Of a stretch of DNA of 64,000 bases, positions 38,349-47,947 are shown piece by piece; the stretch's first letter is position 1, and each line of letters begins with the position of its first letter. This DNA is from an uncultured archaeon (GTDB lineage: Archaea > Aenigmatarchaeota > Aenigmatarchaeia > GW2011-AR5): NCBI GenBank assembly GCA_964599215.1, contig CAZRDV010000001.1, positions 55,615-119,614 on the forward strand, given 5' to 3'. Both the position numbers and the translations under genes were made by a program. Below the pieces are notes generated by a model. It was given only the letters and a program-made list of their open reading frames with translations. It was not told the DNA's origin and did not search any database.

Positions 38349-39611
38349 TTAGATTAATAACTCTGATACACCATATATCGCATGGTGCGTGCTTCCTAGC
38401 GAGGTTATGTTATCTATTCTGAATGTAGGGTCTAGGCCCTTTACAGCATAGCCGTTTATCACATCGTTAGAAAAGTAAAGGTAATCTATATTTGTCTGTT
38501 GGTTTTTTATATCAAGGTCCAGTAACAGTAAGTATACCTTGTTAACAAAGCTTTCTAGTCCTATCGTATAATTTGTCTGGTTTGCGTACTTTTCCTGCAC
38601 TTCTAAGGAGCCTTCAAGTCGGTCAAGAAAACTCGCACCGACAGTGCTGGTGTAATAAACTGAATTCTCTGTATGATTCTTAAGTGTGTCTATAAACCAG
38701 ACCCTGCCTTTATCCCCGTCAACAAGGAGGTTTGTACTGTTTTCTATAAGAACCGTTGCGCCAGATGCATTGTAGACGTATGTATTTGTTGCCCCTGGGC
38801 TGACAGTTTCCTCGGATACAATTCCGAGGAATTGGTTAACTGTAGGGAGAGGGATAAGGGAGGCGTCGTCTGTAACCAGAATTTTTTCATCTTTATCTGG
38901 AACATTTAAAATCTCGGCCATGGATGAAGCTGGTATTACAACACCCTGTCCGTACACCCAGTTGCTGTTACCCATGCTATCTATGAGAAGTTCGGTATAG
39001 TTTTCATACCCAGCCTTTGCTATAAGATTGGTAGCCCTTCCTATAGTATTCAAAGGGTAAGTAGGATCTTCAAACCCCTCTATAGAAGTTAGATGATTGA
39101 GTGTTTCATCTCTGTTCAGGCTTGCAGTACCTCCTTTATCAGAGATGTTTATATTCATTACTCCGGTTGTAACCAGATTCCAGCTGTCATAGGGTTTTAC
39201 TTCAAAATTAGTAATGATTATGTTAATGTTATAGCCCTTGGTATCTCCTACATTTTTTATTTGAGCTATCCAGTCTGGAAGTGTATTGTTCTCCATCAGG
39301 CTTTGTGGTGTAGAATGCAGAGTACCATTCCAAGCTAGTTCTGCAAGGCTTTCCTGAGAATTGTTCAGGGAAACGCCTTCTGATACGATGGAACTTATGC
39401 ATACAGAGATTGCCCTTTTTGTTATGATGTCTGATGCCTTGTTGACATCCCTTACTATGCCTTCGTACATCTTGTACATGTCGTTTAACCTAGCTTCAAT
39501 AGAAATCTGTTCCCTTTTATGATGAACAAGGCCCTTCTGTATTTCTATCATACTAAGAAGTGTTATTGTTAACGAAATCAATATTAAACTGAACATAATG
39601 CCCTTTTTCAT
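38349..39611 (-). CDS. Large minor pilin-like protein
   Basis: MKKG|IMFSLILIS class III signal; SIEGFEDPTY, SFLDRLEG. Confidence 0.8.
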   Translation of the reverse strand: MKKGIMFSLILISLTITLLSMIEIQKGLVHHKREQISIEARLNDMYKMYEGIVRDVNKASDIITKRAISVCISSIVSEGVSLNNSQESLAELAWNGTLHSTPQSLMENNTLPDWIAQIKNVGDTKGYNINIIITNFEVKPYDSWNLVTTGVMNINISDKGGTASLNRDETLNHLTSIEGFEDPTYPLNTIGRATNLIAKAGYENYTELLIDSMGNSNWVYGQGVVIPASSMAEILNVPDKDEKILVTDDASLIPLPTVNQFLGIVSEETVSPGATNTYVYNASGATVLIENSTNLLVDGDKGRVWFIDTLKNHTENSVYYTSTVGASFLDRLEGSLEVQEKYANQTNYTIGLESFVNKVYLLLLDLDIKNQQTNIDYLYFSNDVINGYAVKGLDPTFRIDNITSLGSTHHAIYGVSELLI

Positions 39612-42229
39612 TTTTCCCACATCAAAACTTTTATCAGGCTTGGCCCCCATAGCCATCTCAAGCCTTTTAGATTCTTGGTTTCAGTAGCTATATTCCCTTC
39701 TCCTGCCTCCACATAGTCGCTTATTTCATTCTCAAGCCTTTGTATTGCATCAGCTGTTGCTGATTCATAACTGTCTAACATATCACCGTATCCTACTGAA
39801 CCACTTACCCTTATAGTATAGATGATTCTGTTGTCTGGAGATCCGCCCGTAGCATTGCTCGGCTCTACGCCGGTTCCAATCCTTACAGAGTTGTTTCCTG
39901 AGCTTATGTAATCTAAGGGTATCTGAACTATGTATGGATCTCCAAGGCTCTGGTAATCAACAATATAATCACCGAGCCAGTATATACCTGTCCAGTCGAT
40001 TAAAGGATTATTCACATACACGCGATCTGTCCAGAATTCTGAAGAATAGGATGTAATCTTAGCATCAGCTATTCTCACTTTCTCTGATACATTGAACCAC
40101 CCTTCTTTATATGGAATATCTATGGTGTCACCTGTGAAGTTTCTAAATCTTGCAGTTTCACGTGTCAGGGAGATCTCTCCGTATTCATACGGTAGTATGT
40201 TGGGTGTATAATCAAACCCTATATAAGAATCCGGATAAAGGATGTTTCCTGCTGAGATGTTACCGTCTATAGTTATTACCTGTGCCTTGTATCGTATCAC
40301 TATATTCTCAGCTATACGGCGGTATATCTCTCTCAGTTCTTCTGAATCAGCACTGGCGTAGTAAAGTCCTTCTCCACAACTTGCAATTGACCTCAGGGTC
40401 CAGTTTGCGTTTGGACAGCTTGCTACAGGACCAAATCCTATAGAGTGCACCACTGCGTCCAGATCGTTATGAACCCTGCAGGAAGAGTAATTTGCATTTT
40501 GCATTGCACCATTGCAGCTATTACCAGTGCAATCTGATGCACTGCCGAAACAGTCTGTGAATTGTGATGCTGTACTGGTTCCTGTTGAATTACAGCTTAT
40601 ACAGAAAAATAAGAACCAATCAGCGCAGCCGCAGCATGCAGAAGGAATTCCGTCAGACATAACAATTATATATTTTTCCCTGGAGGAGTTGCTGTAGGTA
40701 TTCAGGATATTGTATGCCCTGTTGATTGCACAACAGATGCAGGTGCCTCCTGAAGGCTCTTCTGGATAACCATCAATATGAGTTATTAATTCTTCTCTTG
40801 TTGAACCAAGGTCAGGCGTGTATACATAAGCATCGGAATTAAAGCCGACCAGTCCCATTCTATTGCCTGTGACATTCATGATGATGTTGATGAATTCTTT
40901 GTCAAGGCATCTGGCCAGGCTTATTCTGCTTGTGTTTGAGCTGTTTATTTCTGGATCACCACAATCTGAAATTACATTACCGTCATCGCTGCTGTTCATC
41001 TTCCAGTTCATACTTCCTGAAAGGTCTGTTATAAGAATAACATCTGCTTGCCCTTGTTTTATAAAGAGTGGTGATCCAGGTTCCAATCCAAACCTTATTG
41101 GTATTGTTTCTTCACTAAGATGTTCGTAATCCAATCCTGTTAAGGCAAGACTAGAATTTATTTCTGTGTTGTTCAGAAAAACGGTCTGTTCTCCTGAGGC
41201 ATTGCTCTTATAGACAGTTGCATTACCGATTGTAAATAAGAGGGTTGCATTTTCTATGTTGTTTAGATAGTGCAGGGATGCATTCATAGAACTTATGTTT
41301 CCTTGGACATAGAAAGACGAATACAGATTAATAAGTCCGTGTATACCTGGGAAATAGTACCTGCTGTTTGGTTTATCAGTAATCATCTCAGAGGTGTTGT
41401 AGCTGACCCTGAGGTATCCGCCGCCTATATAACTCCCGTTTCCTGTAAAGTTGATGTTGATTATATTGTCGCCAGAATTAAAATTATCTAGGTAGCTATA
41501 ATTGATGTTCCATGTGTCTGCTGTCATGTTTCCGTCACCAGAAGATTTAGTATAGAAGCCTGAATCCTGGTTGTTTATGTACAAGCTGAAGTTGTTGCCT
41601 GCATTGAATTCAATATAAGCCTCATTCACAACCTCGATTATTGGCAGAGTTATGATTCTAGTTATGTTTCCTTCTCCGACAAAACCTCCGAAGTATGCAT
41701 AGGCTGATTCTGTCTTACTCTTTATGCTTGTTAGAAATGCCCTTGCAAGGTAACCCTGGGTTGGTTTTCCAACCATGTAACCTGTTTCTATCCTGGCTGA
41801 AACTGCTGTATTTCTCTCTGACAGGCTGCATGAAGAATATATAGATTCATTTTCAAGATAGAGGCCAATACAGAAATCAAGAGTAATCCTTTCCATGACC
41901 TCTTTAGATATATTAAGCGCTATTGACCTGTTGCCGGCGTACCAGAAACTGGCAATCAGGTCTAATATTGTCTTGTTCAGGTCTGCTTCTTTTATGACAT
42001 TCTTCGATACTAAGTTTGCTATGGTCGGCTTATCAATGAAACTAGATGCCTTTAGGTGGGAGATTGCTTCCATGGTGTCATCCGCAATATAGCTTAGCTT
42101 TTCATATTGTCTTTCCTGAAATGTACTTTCTGAACTCCAATAGCTGCCGAACATTAGAATAGATAACAGCAAGATAGACGTCCCTAAGAGAATGTCTAAT
42201 GTAAACACGAATCCTTTTTTCATTTCCAC
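39608..42229 (-). CDS. vWA-domain pilin-like adhesin
   Basis: MKKG|FVFTLD signal; vWA motifs ILITDLSGSM, IIVMSDG, VHSIGFG; many Cys and NxS/T sequons. Confidence 0.85.
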   Translation of the reverse strand: MEMKKGFVFTLDILLGTSILLLSILMFGSYWSSESTFQERQYEKLSYIADDTMEAISHLKASSFIDKPTIANLVSKNVIKEADLNKTILDLIASFWYAGNRSIALNISKEVMERITLDFCIGLYLENESIYSSCSLSERNTAVSARIETGYMVGKPTQGYLARAFLTSIKSKTESAYAYFGGFVGEGNITRIITLPIIEVVNEAYIEFNAGNNFSLYINNQDSGFYTKSSGDGNMTADTWNINYSYLDNFNSGDNIININFTGNGSYIGGGYLRVSYNTSEMITDKPNSRYYFPGIHGLINLYSSFYVQGNISSMNASLHYLNNIENATLLFTIGNATVYKSNASGEQTVFLNNTEINSSLALTGLDYEHLSEETIPIRFGLEPGSPLFIKQGQADVILITDLSGSMNWKMNSSDDGNVISDCGDPEINSSNTSRISLARCLDKEFINIIMNVTGNRMGLVGFNSDAYVYTPDLGSTREELITHIDGYPEEPSGGTCICCAINRAYNILNTYSNSSREKYIIVMSDGIPSACCGCADWFLFFCISCNSTGTSTASQFTDCFGSASDCTGNSCNGAMQNANYSSCRVHNDLDAVVHSIGFGPVASCPNANWTLRSIASCGEGLYYASADSEELREIYRRIAENIVIRYKAQVITIDGNISAGNILYPDSYIGFDYTPNILPYEYGEISLTRETARFRNFTGDTIDIPYKEGWFNVSEKVRIADAKITSYSSEFWTDRVYVNNPLIDWTGIYWLGDYIVDYQSLGDPYIVQIPLDYISSGNNSVRIGTGVEPSNATGGSPDNRIIYTIRVSGSVGYGDMLDSYESATADAIQRLENEISDYVEAGEGNIATETKNLKGLRWLWGPSLIKVLMWEK

Positions 42230-42693
42230 ACCACAGAATCCAGAAAAACAAAGGTGCTGTTTAATATGCCTGCTCTCTTCACCTTGATAACATCCCTGCT
42301 GTTTGACGGAGTTAAACCGAAATTAAATAATGTTGTGTTTGTCTCGTCGTAAACTAAAAAATAATATTCCAGGTCACCTAAACCAAGCAATTGTTTGGAA
42401 GCGTTGTAACCAATTTCATTTAGGCTGTTCATCTTAGAGTAGTTGAATGCATGGTTATCCTGAAAGCCGAGGCTGATTATGTTGGTCTTATTCCAGTTAT
42501 TTGGTACGCCCTGCCTAAACCAGACATCAGAAGTAAGATATGCTTTTTCTATTAAGTCATCTAAGTACCGTGTTTCGTCTATCTGTGATGTAACGCCTAC
42601 CCATTGTATAAGCAGGATACTAACAACTAAAAAAAATACAAACGATGCTATAATGAAATCGTATGAAAGCTGGGCCTTAAGTAACATAGACAA
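42220..42693 (-). CDS. Minor pilin-like protein
   Basis: KA|QLSYDFIIASFVF; G.PNNW motif. Confidence 0.8.
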   Translation of the reverse strand: MSMLLKAQLSYDFIIASFVFFLVVSILLIQWVGVTSQIDETRYLDDLIEKAYLTSDVWFRQGVPNNWNKTNIISLGFQDNHAFNYSKMNSLNEIGYNASKQLLGLGDLEYYFLVYDETNTTLFNFGLTPSNSRDVIKVKRAGILNSTFVFLDSVVWK

Positions 42694-43063
42694 CCCCGTT
42701 TATATTTTCAATAAGATTCCAGCCTGTTTTAATTTCGCCTGTAATATTCTTTGTTGAGATTATACAGGCTTTTGATCCATGATCCCAGTCTATAAACACA
42801 GCATAATCACTAACTACTATATCAAAATTGGATACGCCGAAAAGCGTTTCCTCTATATAAAAAGACCGTCTGTATGAATCGCCGAATCTTACTGCTGAAT
42901 TGATTTCAAATGCAGTTCTTTCACAGAGTTTTTCGATTTCTTCGTCTGCTTTTATATTAAAACTCCTTTCCCTGAGTGACATCTCGCCAAAGATAAAGAG
43001 TGTGAACATTACTATCAGAACTGACAGGAGTACCATAAACTCTATAGTCATTTGACCCTTCAT
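42677..43063 (-). CDS. Minor pilin-like protein
   Basis: MKG|QMTIEFMVLL. Confidence 0.85.
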   Translation of the reverse strand: MKGQMTIEFMVLLSVLIVMFTLFIFGEMSLRERSFNIKADEEIEKLCERTAFEINSAVRFGDSYRRSFYIEETLFGVSNFDIVVSDYAVFIDWDHGSKACIISTKNITGEIKTGWNLIENINGVVYVT

Positions 43064-43464
43064 TCAACCACAGTTATGTTTACAGAATACTTATCAGCAA
43101 TCAGCGCAATGAAGTAGCATCCGTTGTTTGTCGGCACAGAACCATTTAACATAGGTATCGTATCACTGTAGATGTCCACGATGCCGGCTGATGTCTTTAG
43201 CTTGAATAATACCATGCTGTCTAATAATACCTCTTCCACACCCTCTGGGATACAGACATTTATTGTCAGCCTTGCTGGAGGGCCCTGGGAGTAAACCCAG
43301 TTGGCGCTTTCAGCGATTTTGCTTGCAGCAGCCTTTGCAGATGATATCTTCACATCCTCTTTGTAGCCAAGCAGGTTCTGGTTAGAATAGAGGATAAGTG
43401 GTACGAGTATTGCCAGCGCAAGCCCGATGATTACTAGATATTCAACAGATGCCTGAGCTTTCAT
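43060..43464 (-). CDS. Minor pilin-like protein
   Basis: MKA|QASVEYLVII, VYSQG. Confidence 0.85.
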   Translation of the reverse strand: MKAQASVEYLVIIGLALAILVPLILYSNQNLLGYKEDVKISSAKAAASKIAESANWVYSQGPPARLTINVCIPEGVEEVLLDSMVLFKLKTSAGIVDIYSDTIPMLNGSVPTNNGCYFIALIADKYSVNITVVE

Positions 43465-43913
43465 AAATATAGTTATTCTCGCCCTAATAAGAGTTTTATT
43501 TTAAAGTTTTCTGTGCAAATACTAAACTGACGTAGTATTCTGAGTGAGAAGTTAAAACTAACAGCATTATTGATGTCTACTGATCTGCTATATAATATAG
43601 GCCCCCGGTTTAACTCTCACATTTGGGTGTGAGTTCACCTATCTTCTGTAATATATATTTGATTAAGCTTATTATCAATAATATATTATACTATTAATAA
43701 TTAGTATGAAAGATATTTGATGTAATATATATTGTAGTAGATACTACCATGATTATCTCTCACAAAAGAAATATAGGCTTGAAGATATATTTGTCAAATG
43801 ATTCTTAATTACATATCAATCTCAATAGATATTTCTTAGAATATAATATATCTGAAAATTTGGTTATATCTCTCACATAAGAAAATTATTTTGTTAAAAG
43901 TAAGCAAAATAGG
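43465..43913. other. Long AT-rich intergenic block with repeats (candidate DNA-unwinding element)
   Basis: 10 G/C in 80 nt at 43651-43730; TGTAATATATATT at 43647 and 43721; CTCACA-N6-TGTGAG at 43616-43633. Confidence 0.6.
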
Positions 43914-44541
43914 CTACTCTTCTTGCTTATTTTCATTCTTTTCTACCTTATTTTCTTCGTTTATTGCTTCATTTTGCTCTTCTTTTTCCGGCTTCATGGT
44001 GCGCGCCATCTCTAACATAAGAAGGTCGTCAAAATCCTTTGCAATTCTTCGTGTTTTTCTCATAAATGCCTTTGTTGCTGATTCTACCCTGTCTAAGAGG
44101 CGGTTTACAGTAGGTGCTGTAAGCATATATCCCTTAATAAAATCATTTCCTGATGGTATTTTAACGAATTCCATCAGCCCCAGGGTTCTCCATTTCCTTA
44201 TTTCCTCGTATGTCTGGCTCTGTGATATTGATAATATCTGGGAGATCTGCTCTATTGACAGCGGTATGTTCTCTTTTCTGTATTTTAGCAGCTCCAGGAG
44301 CAGCTTTGAATGGTCTGCCCTGCTCTCTTTTCTTTTAAGACCTAGTCTCCGGACCAGGGCAACAGAAAGGTCGTTTGTTGTTATATTTAGTTTGTTATCA
44401 GGCGGCTCAACTCGTATAAAAACCATATCAGAAAGCTTCTTTTTCGGCATTTTCTCACCTCATGTGGCAATCATGATAACTAACTTCTCTTGGTAATTCT
44501 TCTTTTGTTAGGGATTTATCTCCCTTTCCTAACATAAAAAC
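43754..44541 (-). repeat. 18-bp motif YTTCTTWTGTKAGRGATN, left group
   Basis: Minus-strand copies at 43754-43771, 43867-43884, 44007-44024; inverted pair at 44499-44516 (+) and 44524-44541 (-, degenerate). Confidence 0.85.
43914..44450 (-). CDS. Winged helix-turn-helix DNA-binding protein
   Basis: LSIEQISQILSISQSQTYEEIRKWRTLGLMEF...GYML; SD AGGTGA. Confidence 0.8.
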   Translation of the reverse strand: MPKKKLSDMVFIRVEPPDNKLNITTNDLSVALVRRLGLKRKESRADHSKLLLELLKYRKENIPLSIEQISQILSISQSQTYEEIRKWRTLGLMEFVKIPSGNDFIKGYMLTAPTVNRLLDRVESATKAFMRKTRRIAKDFDDLLMLEMARTMKPEKEEQNEAINEENKVEKNENKQEE

Positions 44542-44755
44542 ACTCTTCATTTTTTAGTTGTAGTGGCTCTACCATATGCCCTGTTTTTGGCATCTTTGAT
44601 GCAAAACCTTGCCCTTGTATTAACACCTTTAGGCCTAGCGGTTTTTATTCTTTGTGGTATTTGACAGTAATTACTATCAAACATAGGAGTAGAGCCATTT
44701 TCTAAAAAGTAGGTTCCAAAGACCTGTTATTTTATTCAGAATTAAGGCATAATGA

Positions 44756-44974
44756 CTATTTTACGTTTTTCCTAAAATGTCGGTTCCATGTTTCATCGGT
44801 TCTACACTCAAGTTTACAGGGACTGTTGGCTTTCAAGAAACTATCAACATATTGATGTGTAAGACCATTATAGTTTGTAGTTTCTCCATTATGCCTGTGT
44901 TGGAGATTAAATCGGATGTTTACCCCGGATCCACCTGCATATTCAACAATAACCCTGTGTCCCATAGTCTGCAC
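44756..44974 (-). CDS. Small hypothetical protein
   Basis: Last of three abutting same-strand short ORFs. Confidence 0.45.
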   Translation of the reverse strand: MQTMGHRVIVEYAGGSGVNIRFNLQHRHNGETTNYNGLTHQYVDSFLKANSPCKLECRTDETWNRHFRKNVK

Positions 44975-45184
44975 CTAATAATGAATCATAGCTTGTGGCA
45001 GAATTTTTTGCGTTTCTTGCTTTGTATACCTTTGTTCAGACAGGCAATAGCTATTACAGCCGATATCAGGGATATAAAAAGGTGCAGGAGTCGTTGGTGC
45101 TACTGAATTGCAGGCGTCTCCTGCGCAACGACATAAATCAAGAGTCAAATCCTTGAGGTAAGAACCGAAATTATATTTTTCCAT
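44975..45184 (-). CDS. Small Cys-containing hypothetical protein
   Basis: 69 aa, in tandem with its neighbours. Confidence 0.4.
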   Translation of the reverse strand: MEKYNFGSYLKDLTLDLCRCAGDACNSVAPTTPAPFYIPDIGCNSYCLSEQRYTKQETQKILPQAMIHY

Positions 45185-45195
45185 AATGCATCACA

Positions 45196-45441
45196 TCATA
45201 CTCCTTCTGGCAAAGGCATGTGAGAAATCTCGCTTTTAAAGAATCTTTTCGCTTTACCGCCACCGATGACATATACAATAGGTTTTATACCCTCGGTCTG
45301 AAGTTGGGATGAGACATCAAAAGGGTCTAATCCACTGCGAACATTGCCGTTGGGTGGGTCAATTGTATAAGAATCTCCGTTCCATGGGCCGTTCTGTGTA
45401 ATTTCATATATAGGCCTGCCGTTAGAATTGTATCCTTTCAT
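45196..45441 (-). CDS. Small hypothetical protein
   Basis: 81 aa; TATA-like TTTATATAAA upstream. Confidence 0.5.
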   Translation of the reverse strand: MKGYNSNGRPIYEITQNGPWNGDSYTIDPPNGNVRSGLDPFDVSSQLQTEGIKPIVYVIGGGKAKRFFKSEISHMPLPEGV

Positions 45442-45499
45442 ACCTGCTACACCCTTATTTTATATAAATTAACATCTATTTAAGTTTTACTATTCCTCA

Positions 45500-45555
45500 G
45501 TGGTGAACAGTGGGTGGGTGTGGGACTTGTTTAAAAAAGTGGGAATTAGGTGGGA
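45500..45555 (+). promoter_or_regulatory. 10-bp-phased GTGG(G) direct repeats
   Basis: GTGG at 45500, 45510, 45520, 45539 and 45550, in a divergent intergenic region. Confidence 0.55.
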
Positions 45556-45598
45556 GTTATGATTAAAGAATCTTTATCGGAGATTCTAGTAGGTTATC

Positions 45599-45940
45599 AT
45601 GAAAATTGCTGTTGATGAGTGGGAGAACGAGGATGCAGCCGAGGCAGAACGTTCTGGCGTCTACGAATTAGACGATAAAGTCTTTGACGCTCTTTCTGAA
45701 TACTATAAAACAGGTTTTGTTGATCCTATAATTGAAAAGGGTGTCAAAAAAATTGAAGAAAAGTGGTTTCTTGAATATGATGTGAGGGATGGAAGCCAGA
45801 TAAACCATATGGTTGGTTTGTATACTATTGCTAATGGAGTTTTTCTTAAATACGATGGTACTGACATTAAAAACAGGTTCTCAACAACATACACGCCTTC
45901 TTTGTCAATAGAAGAAATAAGGGAAGATCTTAAGATTTAG
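45599..45940 (+). CDS. Acidic hypothetical protein
   Basis: 113-codon ORF; no recognised motif. Confidence 0.6.
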   Translation: MKIAVDEWENEDAAEAERSGVYELDDKVFDALSEYYKTGFVDPIIEKGVKKIEEKWFLEYDVRDGSQINHMVGLYTIANGVFLKYDGTDIKNRFSTTYTPSLSIEEIREDLKI

Positions 45941-46314
45941 ACAGGATCGTAGCCGCCTTTGCTGAACGGATTGCAGCGCAGCAGCCTGAATGCGCCTTTG
46001 GCGATGCCGAGAAAAGAGCCATACTTGCTTATAGCTGCCTTCGTGTATTCAGAGCAGGTTGGGTAATATCTGCAGATTCTTTTCACATGCAGTTTTCTTT
46101 TCATCTGAGGATCTATCTCTGCCTGATAATATTTTATCAATGAAATGAAATCCATCTTTATCAGCATTCTTAGTATCCTTATCATTCTTTTCGGATCGTA
46201 GAAAGAAGCGATGCCAGAAGCTGCAGATGTCGTAGAACAGCAATTTACACCAACTGCCTCTTCTATCTGGGATATACAGCCGCTGATGATGTCTTCTCCT
46301 GCCATGATACTCAT
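45937..46314 (-). CDS. yidD: YidD-family membrane protein insertion efficiency factor domain protein
   Basis: CRYYPTCSEY...AI.KYG...G....RLLRCNPFSKGGYDPV. Confidence 0.88.
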   Translation of the reverse strand: MSIMAGEDIISGCISQIEEAVGVNCCSTTSAASGIASFYDPKRMIRILRMLIKMDFISLIKYYQAEIDPQMKRKLHVKRICRYYPTCSEYTKAAISKYGSFLGIAKGAFRLLRCNPFSKGGYDPV

Positions 46315-46598
46315 TTCTTCTTTCTTAGTTTTGTGAACCTTCTAAGGACAGATTCGAAATCATTTGCAAGGTCCGTGCCCTCTGGTGTGAGCTTGATGTA
46401 TTTTATCCTTCCGCTTTTCTCAAAATCAACCAGGCCCAGGTCCCTAAAAAGGTCGAGAAGCTTCACAGTATGAGAATACGTACAGTCTGTCTCCTTGGCA
46501 AGAATAGAAACATACTTGGTGTTGCCGAGTTTTATATTCATAAGTAACCTAACAGGCTTTTTTCTAAGAAACAGCTCTTCTAGAACCTTTACTGCCAT
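46311..46598 (-). CDS. MarR-like winged-helix protein
   Basis: YVSILAKETDCTYSHTVKLL..F...GLV.F.K.GRIKYIKLT..G. Confidence 0.85.
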   Translation of the reverse strand: MAVKVLEELFLRKKPVRLLMNIKLGNTKYVSILAKETDCTYSHTVKLLDLFRDLGLVDFEKSGRIKYIKLTPEGTDLANDFESVLRRFTKLRKKK

Positions 46599-46725
46599 AG
46601 TTTTATTATGGCATTCTTTGTTTAAATAGTTTCAACTATATTTCGGAGAATATCTTTTTTATCAGATACTTTTAGTTTTTGTAGATGCCTTACGATTATT
46701 TAAGATTTCTGATAAAAATAATGTT

Positions 46726-46929
46726 ATGGAGCTGACCCTGCAGCCGATAAGGCGGCTATTTAAGACAGCTGGAGCAAAAAGGGTTTCCAATAAAGCAGCT
46801 AACGAGCTGTCAAAGGTTCTTGAGAGCAGGGCAAAGCTTATTGCTGCAGAGGCGAAGAAGATTTCTGAGCACAGTGGAAGGAGAACTGTGCTGAAAAGGG
46901 ATATAAAAATGGCCAGAAAGACAGCTTAA
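46726..46929 (+). CDS. Archaeal histone (HMf family)
   Basis: EL...PIRRL.K.AGAKRVS..A...L...A...H.GRRTV...DI. Confidence 0.93.
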   Translation: MELTLQPIRRLFKTAGAKRVSNKAANELSKVLESRAKLIAAEAKKISEHSGRRTVLKRDIKMARKTA

Positions 46930-46993
46930 CAATTTCTCAAGTTGTCTTGTGCTCTCTCTCTCCCTTTAAACCTTTTTCCCGAATATTATTAGC

Positions 46994-47947
46994 ATGGATG
47001 AGATCATTAAAAAAATTGCTGATGATTCAGGCCTTTCGGAAGAAGAGATAAAAGAGCTGATAGATGAGAAGAGAAACGAATTCTCAGGCATGGTCTCAGA
47101 CGAGGGTGCTGCTCATATTGTTGCAAAGGAGCTTGGAATCTCTCTTACTAAAAGAAAACTTAAGATAGAGAACATAATACCTGGGATGAGGAACGTAAGC
47201 ATCCTTGGTAGGATTGTAAATATAGGCGGTATACGTGAGTTCTCAAGAAAAGGATCCAAGGGAAGGGTTGCAAACTTTTTAATAGCAGATGAAACAGGCT
47301 CGATAAGACTATCATTGTGGGACGATGAGATAGATAAGATGAGTGATATTCCTTTGGGAGAGGTTGTCAGGATAGATGGTTTTGCAAAGGAGGATAATAC
47401 AGGAAGGCCTGAATTAAGGATTGGCAGATTCGGAGCTGTAACAAGGAGCAATGAGGCTTTTCCTTCTATAGAGAAGCTGATAAAGGAAAGGCGGTATGAC
47501 AAAAAGAAGATAGCTGAATTAAAAATGAATTCATCAGCAGCTGTACGGGCTGCTTTACTTCAGGTTTTTGAAGGGAATATTTTCTATTATACCTGCCCCA
47601 GGTGCAATTCCAAACTAAAGGACTTTGTCTGCAGCGAGCACGGAAAAGTTAAGCCGGATTATACTCCTGTGCTGAGCGGGATAATAGACGATGGTTCTGA
47701 CAACATAAGGGTTGTTATGTTCGGTGAGAGCGCAGAAAAAATATTTAGGATGCCTAAAGAAGAGGTGAAGAAAATTTTTGACGAGAGGGGTATGTCAGTG
47801 CTGGATAGGATTGAGCTGGGGAAAGAATTCATCTTCGAGGGCAGGGTAAGGAGGAATGAATATTTTGACAGGCTGGAATTTGTAGCCAATAATATTAAAA
47901 ATGTTGATGTTAAAGAGGAGATAGGATTCTTGCTGGAGAGGCAGTGA
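46994..47947 (+). CDS. Replication protein A-like OB-fold/Zn-finger protein
   Basis: [16 protein letters not shown]...[20 protein letters not shown]; coupled to radA. Confidence 0.9.
   Translation: MDEIIKKIADDSGLSEEEIKELIDEKRNEFSGMVSDEGAAHIVAKELGISLTKRKLKIENIIPGMRNVSILGRIVNIGGIREFSRKGSKGRVANFLIADETGSIRLSLWDDEIDKMSDIPLGEVVRIDGFAKEDNTGRPELRIGRFGAVTRSNEAFPSIEKLIKERRYDKKKIAELKMNSSAAVRAALLQVFEGNIFYYTCPRCNSKLKDFVCSEHGKVKPDYTPVLSGIIDDGSDNIRVVMFGESAEKIFRMPKEEVKKIFDERGMSVLDRIELGKEFIFEGRVRRNEYFDRLEFVANNIKNVDVKEEIGFLLERQ

Noticed and set aside
44455..44684. Two further tiny minus-strand ORFs (45 and 31 aa) upstream of the wHTH gene
   Set aside because: No SD or motif support, and they overlap the repeat motifs; cannot be supported.
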